Of a DNA stretch of 64,000 bases, positions 43,605 through 53,429 are shown one piece after another. Origin of the DNA: an uncultured Candidatus Saccharibacteria bacterium (lineage in GTDB: Bacteria; Patescibacteriota; Saccharimonadia; Saccharimonadales; CAYOYH01). The notes under the pieces are model-generated. The model was not told the DNA's origin and ran no database searches. It saw only the letters and a list, made by a program, of their open reading frames with translations. The first letter of the stretch is position 1. Every line of letters starts with the position of its first letter. The position numbers and the translations under genes are program-made. The stretch is from contig CAZOFP010000004.1 of NCBI GenBank assembly GCA_964579475.1, forward strand, positions 904 through 64,903, in the 5' to 3' direction.

Positions 43605-44516
43605 ATGAGCTTGAGTATCCGAGAGATTAGAGATAATTGCATAAGAGCTAGGCATTTGATGCAACGGGCGAAGCAACAGAATTTTGCCGTCGGCGCGTTC
43701 AATGTAGATAACCAAGATACGCTGGTGGCGATTTGTCGGGCAGCGCAAGATAAAGAGTCACCTGTTTTAGTAGAGGTTAGTCACAGCGAGGTTAAAGCGA
43801 TGGGACTAGAGAACATTCGTGATATGGTGGACAACTATAAAAAAGAATATGGTATAGAGATTTACATTAATCTTGATCACTCTCCAACAGTCGAGGATGC
43901 TAAAAGAGGTGTTGATGAAGGCTTTGAGTTCATTCACATCGATATATCTCAGGCTGACCACGATGCTAGTGAGGAAGAAATTACAGCAAGAACGCTAGAG
44001 GTTGTTAAATATGCTAAGTGGACAGGAGCGTTGGTAGAGAGCGAACTACATTATTTTGCGGGTAGTTCGAATCTTCATAAAGAAGATATTGATTTTGAAG
44101 AGATAAAGAAAACCTTTTCAACGCCAGAAGGCGCCAAGGTGTTTTGTGAAGCTACGGGAATTGATACGTTTGCGGCAGCGATTGGTAATCTGCATGGTAA
44201 GTATCCAGTGCCCAAAGAACTAGAACTAGAGCTTTTACAGAGAGTTCGCGATGCGGTTGAGTGCAACATCAGCCTGCACGGCGGCTCTGGAACCCCAGGG
44301 CATTATTTTGAAGAGGCTGCCAAAATCGGTGTTTCAAAAATAAATATTAATTCTGATATGCGTATCGCGTATAGATTATCTCTCGAAGAACAGCTTAAAG
44401 AAAATCCAGATCAATTTGCCGTGATAAAACTAATGGCCGAGGTAACAAATGCTGTCCAAAAAGTAGTCGAGGAGAAGATTGATATGTTTGGCTCCGCCGG
44501 GAAAGCAGTAGCTTGA
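43605..44516 (+). CDS. fba: Class II fructose/ketose-bisphosphate aldolase
   Basis: GAFNVDN, LDHS and LHGGSGTP motifs. Confidence 0.9.
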   Translation: MSLSIREIRDNCIRARHLMQRAKQQNFAVGAFNVDNQDTLVAICRAAQDKESPVLVEVSHSEVKAMGLENIRDMVDNYKKEYGIEIYINLDHSPTVEDAKRGVDEGFEFIHIDISQADHDASEEEITARTLEVVKYAKWTGALVESELHYFAGSSNLHKEDIDFEEIKKTFSTPEGAKVFCEATGIDTFAAAIGNLHGKYPVPKELELELLQRVRDAVECNISLHGGSGTPGHYFEEAAKIGVSKININSDMRIAYRLSLEEQLKENPDQFAVIKLMAEVTNAVQKVVEEKIDMFGSAGKAVA

Positions 44517-44525
44517 GAGGTATAA

Positions 44526-45491
44526 ATGGAAAAAGATAAATTACGTATAATTGCCGTCGGTGCTGCAGTGCGTGACGTGTTCTTGAGTGGCACGATATTC
44601 ACGCCTCATTATGAGGACGGCAACTGGCAGGAAGAGTTTAAAGTAGGCGAAAAGTACGAATTAGATAAAGTAGATTTCAGTACTGGCGGGGGAGCCACGA
44701 ATGCGGCTGTGACGTTTGCGCGTCAAGGTTTGCATGCGATGTATATGGGCAAGATTGGCGATGATCCTTCGGGTAGAGCAATGATGGATGAACTACATTT
44801 AGAAGATATAGATACGTCTTTGGTGAAAAGTACAGATGACCATACCGGTTATTCAGTGATACTGCTCTCGCCAGATGGAGGTAGGACGGTGTTAACTTAT
44901 CGTGGAGCGTCTAATGTGTTTCGTATAGATGATTTTGACCTAGTGAATATGGATAGCGAATGGATATATATCAGTTCGTTGTCTGGAAACATGGAAGCAC
45001 TAGAAGCAATAATCAATGCTGCCGTAGAAAAGAAAATTAAGATTGCTATCAACCCGGGCAAAGGGGAACTTGTCGAAGCAGAGTGGCTGAAGTCGCTTCT
45101 GCACAAGGTAGATATTTTGAGCGTCAATAAAGAGGAGCTCCAAAAACTTGTGCAGGGTGAGACAGATGATGATTTGGTTAGGCATGCATCTGATATGTCC
45201 CCGATTACCATCATGACCGATGGACCAAACGGCGTTGTAGCAACTGACAGAAAGCAGATTATAAAAGCAGGTATGTACGAAGATGTTCCAGTCATAGACA
45301 GAACGGGCGCCGGTGACGCATTTGGCTCGGGTTTTACCGCAGCTATAGCAAGAGGTGACGATTTAGCCTCGGCAATTAAACTAGCAAGCGCCAACTCGAC
45401 ATCTGTAGTTAACAAAATTGGTGCCAAGACCGGAATATTGCACATCCACGAACAGCTGCACGACATGCCGATGGAAATTAAGGAATTCTAG
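44526..45491 (+). CDS. PfkB-family carbohydrate kinase
   Basis: GGGATNAAV, and DRTGAGDAFGSGF near the C-terminus. Confidence 0.8.
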   Translation: MEKDKLRIIAVGAAVRDVFLSGTIFTPHYEDGNWQEEFKVGEKYELDKVDFSTGGGATNAAVTFARQGLHAMYMGKIGDDPSGRAMMDELHLEDIDTSLVKSTDDHTGYSVILLSPDGGRTVLTYRGASNVFRIDDFDLVNMDSEWIYISSLSGNMEALEAIINAAVEKKIKIAINPGKGELVEAEWLKSLLHKVDILSVNKEELQKLVQGETDDDLVRHASDMSPITIMTDGPNGVVATDRKQIIKAGMYEDVPVIDRTGAGDAFGSGFTAAIARGDDLASAIKLASANSTSVVNKIGAKTGILHIHEQLHDMPMEIKEF

Positions 45492-46721
45492 ATGAAACTG
45501 ATTTCAGAACTACTGAACGCCAAAGAACCGCTTTTTGGGCTTAGCCTGAGGCAGCTCGAGAAAGCTAGCGGCAACAAAGGTATGGATATCAAACTGGGTA
45601 CAGAAATACTCGATAAAGCTCATAAAACTATGATGAATCTAGGTCTAGATCCCAAAGACACAACCGGCAAGGAACTTTACAAAGCTCTTGTTGTCAAAAT
45701 CAAAGAGCACGACGAGCACTTGGCAAAACAAATGGGCGGCAGTGCTGACGAGAATCCAACAACTCTCATTCCTAAAATCAAGGCAACGGTTGACGAAATA
45801 GACGTGCCTAAACAATGCTGGGTGCTTAGAAAGCCTGTAGCCAAAGAGTTCCTGCGCAAAACCCCACCCAAAAATATTATGAAGAAATTAGGCTACCGTT
45901 CAGTCGACAGTATGCTGAAAAAAGAAAACCTGTTCGAGATTTACGGAGCGCTTCGGTTTGCAGAAGATAGCGAATGGCTAAACAAATTTAATGAAAATTA
46001 CGAGTCGCTAACACCCTCTGATTTCGAAACCCGTGATATAGAGATTGTTATGATGCCCCATGAGCGTTGGGCAGATATTTCGGAGTCATTTATCCAGAAA
46101 AAGAAGCACAACATCACTCACCTAAAAGAACTTGGTGTGATTTTGATGCTGCCGGTGAAGACTGACCATCTCCCGGGTATGTCGATTTGGGTGGGGTCAC
46201 TGCTTTTTCACTATATCAACGAGATTAGACTCTACAGCGCATTCTTCAAGCTAAAGCAAGTACAACCAGATTTTGGAAAAGTATTCGTCAACACACTTCT
46301 GGCTGACCCTGACATGGGACCGATAATGTCTGGGCAGAATATCCATTGGCGAGTTATTCAACGCTATTTTGGGAAGCTTGAAAAAGAGTATCACCCAGAG
46401 GTTTTCGAACCGCATGTGCAACCAGAGGATTTGCACTGGCGCCGGGCGGAAGAATCACTACGTCTTATCGATCCTGAACTTGAGTTCTGGAAAGATCTTG
46501 ACTACGTTGGATTGATGTTTGACGACCGGCCAGTGACGTTCAACATGATGGATGTGGCCGCGAGCTACACTAACGAAACACCGTATGAAAAACGGGAAAT
46601 ATATCATTTTCGTGAAGCTCTATGGAACGAAGTGTTTGTAAGGTATATGGGCGAAGGTGTGCTGGAGCAACAAGTCTTAAACCAACTGGACAATGACATG
46701 ATAAAACCGGAGAATCTATAA
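45492..46721 (+). CDS. Hypothetical 409-aa soluble protein, no family recognised, last gene of the sugar-phosphate operon
   Basis: The ATG abuts the pfkB-family stop (TAG|ATG). Balanced, non-repetitive composition. Confidence 0.6.
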   Translation: MKLISELLNAKEPLFGLSLRQLEKASGNKGMDIKLGTEILDKAHKTMMNLGLDPKDTTGKELYKALVVKIKEHDEHLAKQMGGSADENPTTLIPKIKATVDEIDVPKQCWVLRKPVAKEFLRKTPPKNIMKKLGYRSVDSMLKKENLFEIYGALRFAEDSEWLNKFNENYESLTPSDFETRDIEIVMMPHERWADISESFIQKKKHNITHLKELGVILMLPVKTDHLPGMSIWVGSLLFHYINEIRLYSAFFKLKQVQPDFGKVFVNTLLADPDMGPIMSGQNIHWRVIQRYFGKLEKEYHPEVFEPHVQPEDLHWRRAEESLRLIDPELEFWKDLDYVGLMFDDRPVTFNMMDVAASYTNETPYEKREIYHFREALWNEVFVRYMGEGVLEQQVLNQLDNDMIKPENL

Positions 46722-46726
46722 GTATG

Positions 46727-46888
46727 TTAGAACTTTCTCGCCATTTTGCACCCCGGTACCTTGTTGTAGCGGTCGCAGGAGTATTTTCCTCGTTCATCGT
46801 ATCCTATCGATACGCTTCTTTCGGAGAAATCCTCGTGCACCTCACTAAAACCAAACTCCTGAAATACGAAATCGTGAGAAAGTTCTAA
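46727..46888 (+). repeat. 162-nt intergenic element closed by a perfect 13-bp inverted repeat TTAGAACTTTCTC ... GAGAAAGTTCTAA
   Basis: Read directly. The right arm ends on the A of the ATG at 46888. Confidence 0.7.
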
Positions 46889-47484
46889 TGTATCAAATAT
46901 GTGTATCTGGCGCCGCCAAAGGCAAGAGCGTCGAACAAGGCAAAGAATTAGCGCATTTAGCTGGCAAAGCCATTGCCAAAAGTGGCCATGTGCTTATGAC
47001 TGGCGCAACCTCAGGGCTGCCCGACCATGCGGCGCATGGTGCTAAAAAAGCCGGTGGTAAATCTGTAGGACTTTCACCAGCCGCCAGTAAGATTGAGCAT
47101 GTAAAGAAGTACAGACTGCCTACGGGTTGTTACGACACGATACTCTACACCGGTCTTCACTACATTGGGCGCGACAGTCTGCTCATCGCCTCTAGTGATG
47201 CAGTTGTTTCTATTGGTGGAAGAATAGGTACACTTCACGAGTTCACCATCGCCATGGAAATGAAGAAGCCAATTGGCTTTTTACAGGGTGCAGGCGGAGT
47301 TAGTACAGAAATTCGTGATATTTTGAAGGCTTCTGGTAAAGAAGACGACGAAAACGTGGTGTTTGACGACGATGCCGCAAGCCTAGTGAAAAAACTGACG
47401 GATATTCTAGATAGCAAGAATGGCGACGACAAGAGCCTGTATGACGAGGCGGAAGTTTGTGGATTCTGCGATAAGCTAAAGTAA
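46888..47484 (+). CDS. TIGR00725 / LOG-SLOG-like Rossmann-fold protein
   Basis: ICVSGAAKG..., VLMTGATSGLP and VVSIGGRIGTLHEF. Confidence 0.65.
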   Translation: MYQICVSGAAKGKSVEQGKELAHLAGKAIAKSGHVLMTGATSGLPDHAAHGAKKAGGKSVGLSPAASKIEHVKKYRLPTGCYDTILYTGLHYIGRDSLLIASSDAVVSIGGRIGTLHEFTIAMEMKKPIGFLQGAGGVSTEIRDILKASGKEDDENVVFDDDAASLVKKLTDILDSKNGDDKSLYDEAEVCGFCDKLK

Positions 47485-47541
47485 CAGCTTCCAAAACTGT
47501 AGCTGACATGATTTTTGATTTTGATCTACAATAGATAGATT

Positions 47542-49506
47542 ATGGCAAATTTTGAACTTCGCAGTGATTTTAAACCGACTGGCGACCAGCCGAAAGCTAT
47601 CGAGTCGCTTCTCGATGGCCTAGATGCAGGCGAGAGAGAACAAACTCTACTCGGTGTCACTGGCTCGGGTAAAACTTTCACTATGGCAAATATCATTGCC
47701 AAGAAGAAAAAGCCAACGCTCATCCTTAGCCATAACAAAACCCTAGCGGCTCAGCTTTACGGCGAATTCAAACAGTTCTTTCCGAATAATGCGGTGCACT
47801 ATTTCGTCAGCTATTTTGACTACTACCAGCCAGAAGCCTATATGGCCAGAAGCGACACTTACATCGAGAAAGATTCGAAGATTAACGAAGAGATCGACAG
47901 ATTGCGACACGCAGCCACGAGCTCGCTTCTGTCGCGGGAGGATGTAATCATCGTTGCCAGTGTCAGCTGTATCTATGGTATTGGCTCGGTCTCGAGCTAC
48001 GGGGATATGGCGATTGCGCTAACGAAAGGTGAGCGGCGCAAGCAAGACAAATTCATTCGACATCTTACAGACTTACAGTACACACGCAACGACATCGACT
48101 TTCACCGTGGAACCTTCAGAGTTCGTGGCGATGTGGTTGACGTATTTCCAGTCGGCGAAGAAATAGCCTATAGATTCGAGTTCTTCGGAGATACTCTGGA
48201 GAAGATCATCAAACTCGACCCACTCACAGGGGAGATTTTAGCCACACCAGAGATGTTGACGGTTTATCCTGGTTCTCACTACGTGACTCCTAAACAAAAA
48301 CTCGACAAGGCCATCGATAAAATTCGTACCGAACTAGAAGCTAGAGCTAAATACTTTAAGGTGAATGATAAGCTACTGGAACTGCAACGGATAGAGCAGA
48401 GAACCAACTTTGATTTAGAGATGTTAGAGGAAACAGGCTTTGTAAAAGGTATCGAAAACTATTCTCGTTATCTGACTGACCGTGAAGAAGGTGAACAGCC
48501 AGCAACTCTACTCGATTACTTCCCAGATGATTTCCTGATGTTTATCGACGAAAGCCATATGACAATTCCGCAGCTAAGGGGGATGTATAACGGAGACAGA
48601 GCCAGAAAAGAAGTGCTAGTAGAGCATGGTTTTAGGCTGCCGAGTGCACTCGACAACCGACCGCTAAACTTCACAGAGTTTGAAAAGCACATAAACAAAG
48701 TTATCTATGTTTCAGCTACGCCTGCCGAGTACGAACTCAGCCGTAGTCCTGAGCCAGTTCAGCAGGTAATACGCCCAACGGGACTTTTGGATCCGCCGAT
48801 TGAAGTTCGATCAACGAAAAATCAGGTTGATGATTTGATTGCCGAGATTAAAGACACCGTCGATAAACGTCAACGGGTGCTAGTGACTACACTAACCAAA
48901 CGAATGTCCGAGGATTTGACGGATTACCTCAAGGATTTAGGCGTCAAGGTGCAGTATTTACACTCCGATGTCGACACTTTGGAGCGAAGCGATATCCTAC
49001 GAGACCTGCGCATGGGGGTTTATGATGTTTTGGTTGGGATTAATCTTCTGCGCGAGGGATTGGACTTGCCAGAGGTAAGCTTGGTAGCAATACTTGACGC
49101 TGACAAGGAAGGCTTCCTTCGAAGTGAGCAAGCGTTGACTCAGACGGTTGGGCGTGCTGCTCGGCATGAATCAGGACACGTCATCATGTACGCCGACACG
49201 ATTACTGGTTCCATGCAACGAACTATTGATGAAACTAATCGGCGTCGTGATATTCAGCAGGCGCATAACAAAAAGCACAAAATCACCCCTCGTGGTATCG
49301 ACAAGGCTGTCGGCGACCGGATGCGTAAGGGCGACCCAGAAGCCGAAAAGAAGCGCCTCAACATCAACGCCATTCCAAAAGACGAATACAAACGACTTAT
49401 CGAAGACCTCAGTGCTCAGATGGATTTAGCCGCCAGGAACTTGCAGTTTGAGGAGGCGGCGGAGCTGCGTGATACAATTGCCGAAATTGAAGCCAAGCTC
49501 TCCTGA
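47542..49506 (+). CDS. uvrB: Excinuclease ABC subunit B
   Basis: [27 protein letters not shown], and a C-terminal UVR domain (FEEAAELRD). Confidence 0.97.
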   Translation: MANFELRSDFKPTGDQPKAIESLLDGLDAGEREQTLLGVTGSGKTFTMANIIAKKKKPTLILSHNKTLAAQLYGEFKQFFPNNAVHYFVSYFDYYQPEAYMARSDTYIEKDSKINEEIDRLRHAATSSLLSREDVIIVASVSCIYGIGSVSSYGDMAIALTKGERRKQDKFIRHLTDLQYTRNDIDFHRGTFRVRGDVVDVFPVGEEIAYRFEFFGDTLEKIIKLDPLTGEILATPEMLTVYPGSHYVTPKQKLDKAIDKIRTELEARAKYFKVNDKLLELQRIEQRTNFDLEMLEETGFVKGIENYSRYLTDREEGEQPATLLDYFPDDFLMFIDESHMTIPQLRGMYNGDRARKEVLVEHGFRLPSALDNRPLNFTEFEKHINKVIYVSATPAEYELSRSPEPVQQVIRPTGLLDPPIEVRSTKNQVDDLIAEIKDTVDKRQRVLVTTLTKRMSEDLTDYLKDLGVKVQYLHSDVDTLERSDILRDLRMGVYDVLVGINLLREGLDLPEVSLVAILDADKEGFLRSEQALTQTVGRAARHESGHVIMYADTITGSMQRTIDETNRRRDIQQAHNKKHKITPRGIDKAVGDRMRKGDPEAEKKRLNINAIPKDEYKRLIEDLSAQMDLAARNLQFEEAAELRDTIAEIEAKLS

Positions 49507-49661
49507 GCTTTTTTCAGGGCGAATCGTCAGGACTCTGTCAAGTAGCAAAGCTACTTGCTCCAGCCCTTCTTCGTCAGGTTTTCAGTTGCTCGCTTCATGT
49601 ACTCCTACACTTTGCTGCGCTACTCAATCCTTCCTCGCGCTTCATTTCTGAAAAAAAGCTC
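49505..49661 (+). repeat. 157-nt intergenic element closed by the inverted repeat GAGC-T6-CAG ... CTG-A7-GCTC
   Basis: Read directly. The left arm overlaps the uvrB stop codon. Internal 8-bp hairpin CAAGTAGC aaa GCTACTTG. Confidence 0.65.
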
Positions 49662-49724
49662 AGACTGGAGGTTAAGCTAAAGGTACTATTGTTAGTGTCG
49701 ACAGGCTCTTCTATAATTAAGCGG

Positions 49725-50015
49725 ATGAAAAAAGTAACCCTTGACGAGATTAAGAAGCTCGCTAGCCTCTCACGTATCAAACTAGATGAAACGGAGGCAG
49801 AGAGTTTGCGCGCCGAACTTGAGAAAATTCTCGGCTATGTTGACCAGCTTTCAGATGTCGATACCGAGGGAATCGAGCCGACTAGTCAGGTTACAGGGTT
49901 GGTGAATCAAATGCGACCAGACGAGGAAGAGGACTATGGTACATCGCGTGAGGATTTACTAAAAAATACGCCCGACCAACAAGATGGCTACATTAAAGTT
50001 AGGAAAGTTTTGTGA
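49725..50015 (+). CDS. gatC: Asp/Glu-tRNA amidotransferase subunit C
   Basis: MKKVTLDEIKKLASLSRIKLDETEAE...GIEPT. I prefer the internal ATG at 49725. Confidence 0.9.
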   Translation: MKKVTLDEIKKLASLSRIKLDETEAESLRAELEKILGYVDQLSDVDTEGIEPTSQVTGLVNQMRPDEEEDYGTSREDLLKNTPDQQDGYIKVRKVL

Positions 50016-50079
50016 TGAAAAACTTTCAATTAACATTTTCCATTTTTCATTTGGCATTGCGGGATGGGAGAGCTACGCA

Positions 50080-51510
50080 GTGAAGAACGACTGGAGACCT
50101 ATTAGCGAACTGGCTGAAGAAGTGAACTCTGGGGAAGTTACCGCCACTGAACTTGTGAAAAAGAGCCTGGAGGCGATTGAGGAGTCGGAAGAATACGGTG
50201 CCTTGCTACTTGTAGCTAAAGAACAAGCGCAGAAGAGAGCTGAAGATATCGATGAGCGGGTAAAAAAAGGCGAGAAGATTGGTCGTTTGGCGGGTGTGCC
50301 GTTTATTGCCAAAGATAATTATCTAACCAAGGGAGTTGAGACCACCGCAGCCAGCAACATACTGAAAGATTTTATTCCACCGTATCAATCGACTGCTGTG
50401 TCTAAACTTGAAGCCGAGGGTGCGATAATGGTCGCCAAGGCTAATCTAGATTCGTTCGCCCACGGCTCGAGTACTGAAAACAGTGATTTTGGAGCAACGA
50501 AGAACCCCCACGACAAAACTCGAGTGCCTGGCGGTTCGTCTGGTGGTTCGGCTGCTGCAGTCGCCCTAGGCTTGGTACCGTTTGCGCTGGGCACAGACAC
50601 CGGTGGCTCAGTGCGCTTGCCTGCCAGCTACACAGGAACTGTCGGTGTTAAACCAACATATGGGTTAATATCACGTTTTGGAGTCATAGCCATGGCCAGC
50701 TCAACAGATGTAATCGGGCCGATAACTAATACCGTGGCTGACAGTGCGCTAGTGATTGACGTTATGGCCGGTCGTGACTCTCGCGATAGTACAACGATTG
50801 AACGCAGTGAAGATGATTACTCTAAGCTTGGCGTGGAACTCAAAGGACTGAAGATTGGCGTAGTTAAAGAACACTTCGGTGAAGGCGTGGAAAAAGGCGT
50901 CAAATCATCTGTAAACGAAGCTATAGCAAAGCTTGAAAAAGCTGGTGCCGAGATTAAGGAAGTTAGTATTCCGTCGCTCGATTTGGCGCTGGCTTGCTAC
51001 TACATCGTCATGCCGGCAGAAGTTAGTTCAAACCTTAGTCGCTATGACGGTGTTCGCTTTGGCTATAGTCACCCAGACGCCAAAGACGTAGGTGAAGTTT
51101 ATGACCTCACGCGTTCAAAGGGCTTTAACTCTGAGAACAAGCGCCGAATTATGATTGGAACTTACGTCCTGTCTAGCGGCTACTACGATGCTTACTACAA
51201 AAAGGCGCAGACGGTCAGGACACTACTGATACAGGAATTCGAAAAAGCCTTCAAAGATGTGGATGTCATGGTTGGGCCAACTGCACCTAGCGTGGCTTTC
51301 AAACTTGGCGAGAACACCGAGGATCCTTTGCAGATGTATCTGAGCGACGTTATGACAGTCGGCATGAACTTAGTCGGCAACACTGCAGTTAGCGTACCGG
51401 TAGCTTCGTCCGAAGGCTTGCCTGTTGGTTTGCAGGTAATAGCGCCACAAAAGGCTGACAAACTGGCTCTTTCGGTGGCTCAGGAAATTGAGGAGGCACA
51501 AAATGCTTGA
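50080..51510 (+). CDS. gatA: Asp/Glu-tRNA amidotransferase subunit A
   Basis: Amidase signature GGSSGGSAAAV, and GTDTGGSVRLPAS. I prefer the in-frame GTG at 50080 (GGGAG SD); the track alternative is ATG 49984, which overlaps gatC. Confidence 0.9.
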   Translation: MKNDWRPISELAEEVNSGEVTATELVKKSLEAIEESEEYGALLLVAKEQAQKRAEDIDERVKKGEKIGRLAGVPFIAKDNYLTKGVETTAASNILKDFIPPYQSTAVSKLEAEGAIMVAKANLDSFAHGSSTENSDFGATKNPHDKTRVPGGSSGGSAAAVALGLVPFALGTDTGGSVRLPASYTGTVGVKPTYGLISRFGVIAMASSTDVIGPITNTVADSALVIDVMAGRDSRDSTTIERSEDDYSKLGVELKGLKIGVVKEHFGEGVEKGVKSSVNEAIAKLEKAGAEIKEVSIPSLDLALACYYIVMPAEVSSNLSRYDGVRFGYSHPDAKDVGEVYDLTRSKGFNSENKRRIMIGTYVLSSGYYDAYYKKAQTVRTLLIQEFEKAFKDVDVMVGPTAPSVAFKLGENTEDPLQMYLSDVMTVGMNLVGNTAVSVPVASSEGLPVGLQVIAPQKADKLALSVAQEIEEAQNA

Positions 51511-51901
51511 GATATTTGCAGTACTGGCAGGGTTGATTTTACTCGTTTTGCTGATGAGATTTGTTTCCAAGCAGTCGCATGGCTTAGATAGAAAATATTA
51601 TTCGAGTCATTGGAACAAGATTGAAGAAACTTTCGGCCATGGTGATAGCGGTATGCGTATCGCAGTTATTGACGCCGATAAGCTTGTCGATCACGCCTTG
51701 AAACAAACCAACGTTCCTGGCGACACCATGGGCGAGCGGATGAAAAGCGCCAACTATCTAACGAACATAAACAACTTGTGGACGGCACACAAACTTCGAA
51801 ATAAATTAGTTCATGAAGCCGATATGAAGCCGAAGAAATCGGACATGAAATTCGCGATTATTACTTATAGAAAAGTGCTTAAAGAAATGGGCGCGCTATG
51901 A
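51503..51901 (+). CDS. Small N-terminally TM-anchored protein with HEPN/DUF4145-like Rx4H motif, inserted between gatA and gatB
   Basis: GAGGAGG SD. TM FAVLAGLILLVLLM. Motif AHKLRNKLVHE (R-x4-H) in an alpha-helical context. Confidence 0.45.
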   Translation: MLEIFAVLAGLILLVLLMRFVSKQSHGLDRKYYSSHWNKIEETFGHGDSGMRIAVIDADKLVDHALKQTNVPGDTMGERMKSANYLTNINNLWTAHKLRNKLVHEADMKPKKSDMKFAIITYRKVLKEMGAL

Positions 51902-51904
51902 GTT

Positions 51905-51939
51905 TAGACTACAGACGACAGACGATAGATACTAGAATT
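51905..51939 (+). repeat. Second copy of the five-heptad YAGANNN tract (TAGACTA CAGACGA CAGACGA TAGATAC TAGAATT)
   Basis: Read directly. It starts 4 nt after the upstream stop and ends 11 nt before the gatB ATG. Confidence 0.8.
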
Positions 51940-51950
51940 TGGGAGCACTC

Positions 51951-53429
51951 ATGTTAAAAAAAGACGTGATAGACCAGTATCAGCCGACGATTGGTATTGA
52001 ATGTCATGTTCAGCTTAAAACCAAGACGAAGCTTTTTAGTGCTGTCGATAATGACGCAATTGGCAAGGAGCCCAACACCGTAGTTTCGCCAATCTGTTTT
52101 GGTTTACCAGGGGTGTTGCCGGTACTGAATGAAGCAGTAGTTGAGCTGGCGATAAAAGCTGGGCATGCTTTGAACGCTAAAGTAGCGAACTTCTCAAAAT
52201 TTGACCGCAAGCATTATTTCTATCCCGACTTACCGAAGGGTTACCAGATAACCCAGTTTGACCAGCCGATAGTCGGCAAAGGTGAAGTTGAGGTTCCGCT
52301 CGACGGTGAAATTATAAAAGTCGGTATTACCAGGGCGCACCTGGAAGAGGACGCTGGAAAGTCTACTCACCCAGCCGGTGCTGATTATTCTTTGGTAGAT
52401 TTAAACCGTGCCGGAACACCGCTTCTGGAAATCGTTTCTGAGCCAGATATTCACTCTGCCAAGGCTGCTCGAGCCTACGCCCAGGAACTTTATTATCTGA
52501 TGAAATACGCCGATGTTAGCTATGTGAATCTTTTCCATGGAAACATGCGTTTTGACGTAAACGTTTCGGTGGCGAAGAAAGGTTCCAAAGAGCTGGGCAA
52601 CAGGGCCGAGGTCAAGAATATAAACTCTTTCAAGGCAGTCGAAAAAGCGGCAGAATACGAGATAAAACGACAGATTGAACTTCTGGAGAAAGGTGAGGAG
52701 ATTGTTCAAGAAACTCGCGGCTGGGACGATTCCAAGCAAAAAACTCTTTCCCAGCGCGGCAAAGAGGATGCGCACGATTATCGCTACTTCCCAGAGCCAG
52801 ATTTACCGCCGATAGTTATAACAGACGACGAAATAGAAAAAGTTCGCAGCAATATGCCGTTAATGCCTAATGAGTGGCGTAAGGAGTTAACTGCTGTTGG
52901 ATTAGATAAGCCTGTAATCGAAGAGGTGCTTGCGTTTGACGCCGAAGATGAGCGAGTTTCGTACCTGGGAGTGTTCGAGATATTGAGAGATGATAAAGAA
53001 TTGGCTAAAAAATATGCTAATTGGGTGGTGAATATTTTCGGACCATTGCAAAGAGAGAAAGGCATGATAATTACTGACAATGCACGAATACTACACACTG
53101 TTAAGTCAGTCTATGATCTCGTAATGGCTGACAAATTGAACTCAACCAATGCAAAGCAGCTACTACGAGAACTTGTTATGCTGAAACATTCACCAAGCGA
53201 CGTTGAAGGTTATGCAAGTCAGAAAGGCTTAATACAAGTGTCTGATGCTGGAGAAATTGAAAAGATTGTCGCTCAGGTGCTCAAAGAAAATGAAAAAGCC
53301 GCCAACGATGTAAAAAATGGCGAAATGAAAGCCATTGGGTTTTTGGTTGGGCAAGTGATGAAGAATTCAAAGGGCAAGGCTAATCCACAAATGGCACAAG
53401 AACTGATTAAAAAACAATTAGGAGTATAG
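51951..53429 (+). CDS. gatB: Asp/Glu-tRNA amidotransferase subunit B
   Basis: PTIGIECHVQL, NRAGTPLLEIVSEPD and a C-terminal YqeY-like region. Confidence 0.95.
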   Translation: MLKKDVIDQYQPTIGIECHVQLKTKTKLFSAVDNDAIGKEPNTVVSPICFGLPGVLPVLNEAVVELAIKAGHALNAKVANFSKFDRKHYFYPDLPKGYQITQFDQPIVGKGEVEVPLDGEIIKVGITRAHLEEDAGKSTHPAGADYSLVDLNRAGTPLLEIVSEPDIHSAKAARAYAQELYYLMKYADVSYVNLFHGNMRFDVNVSVAKKGSKELGNRAEVKNINSFKAVEKAAEYEIKRQIELLEKGEEIVQETRGWDDSKQKTLSQRGKEDAHDYRYFPEPDLPPIVITDDEIEKVRSNMPLMPNEWRKELTAVGLDKPVIEEVLAFDAEDERVSYLGVFEILRDDKELAKKYANWVVNIFGPLQREKGMIITDNARILHTVKSVYDLVMADKLNSTNAKQLLRELVMLKHSPSDVEGYASQKGLIQVSDAGEIEKIVAQVLKENEKAANDVKNGEMKAIGFLVGQVMKNSKGKANPQMAQELIKKQLGV

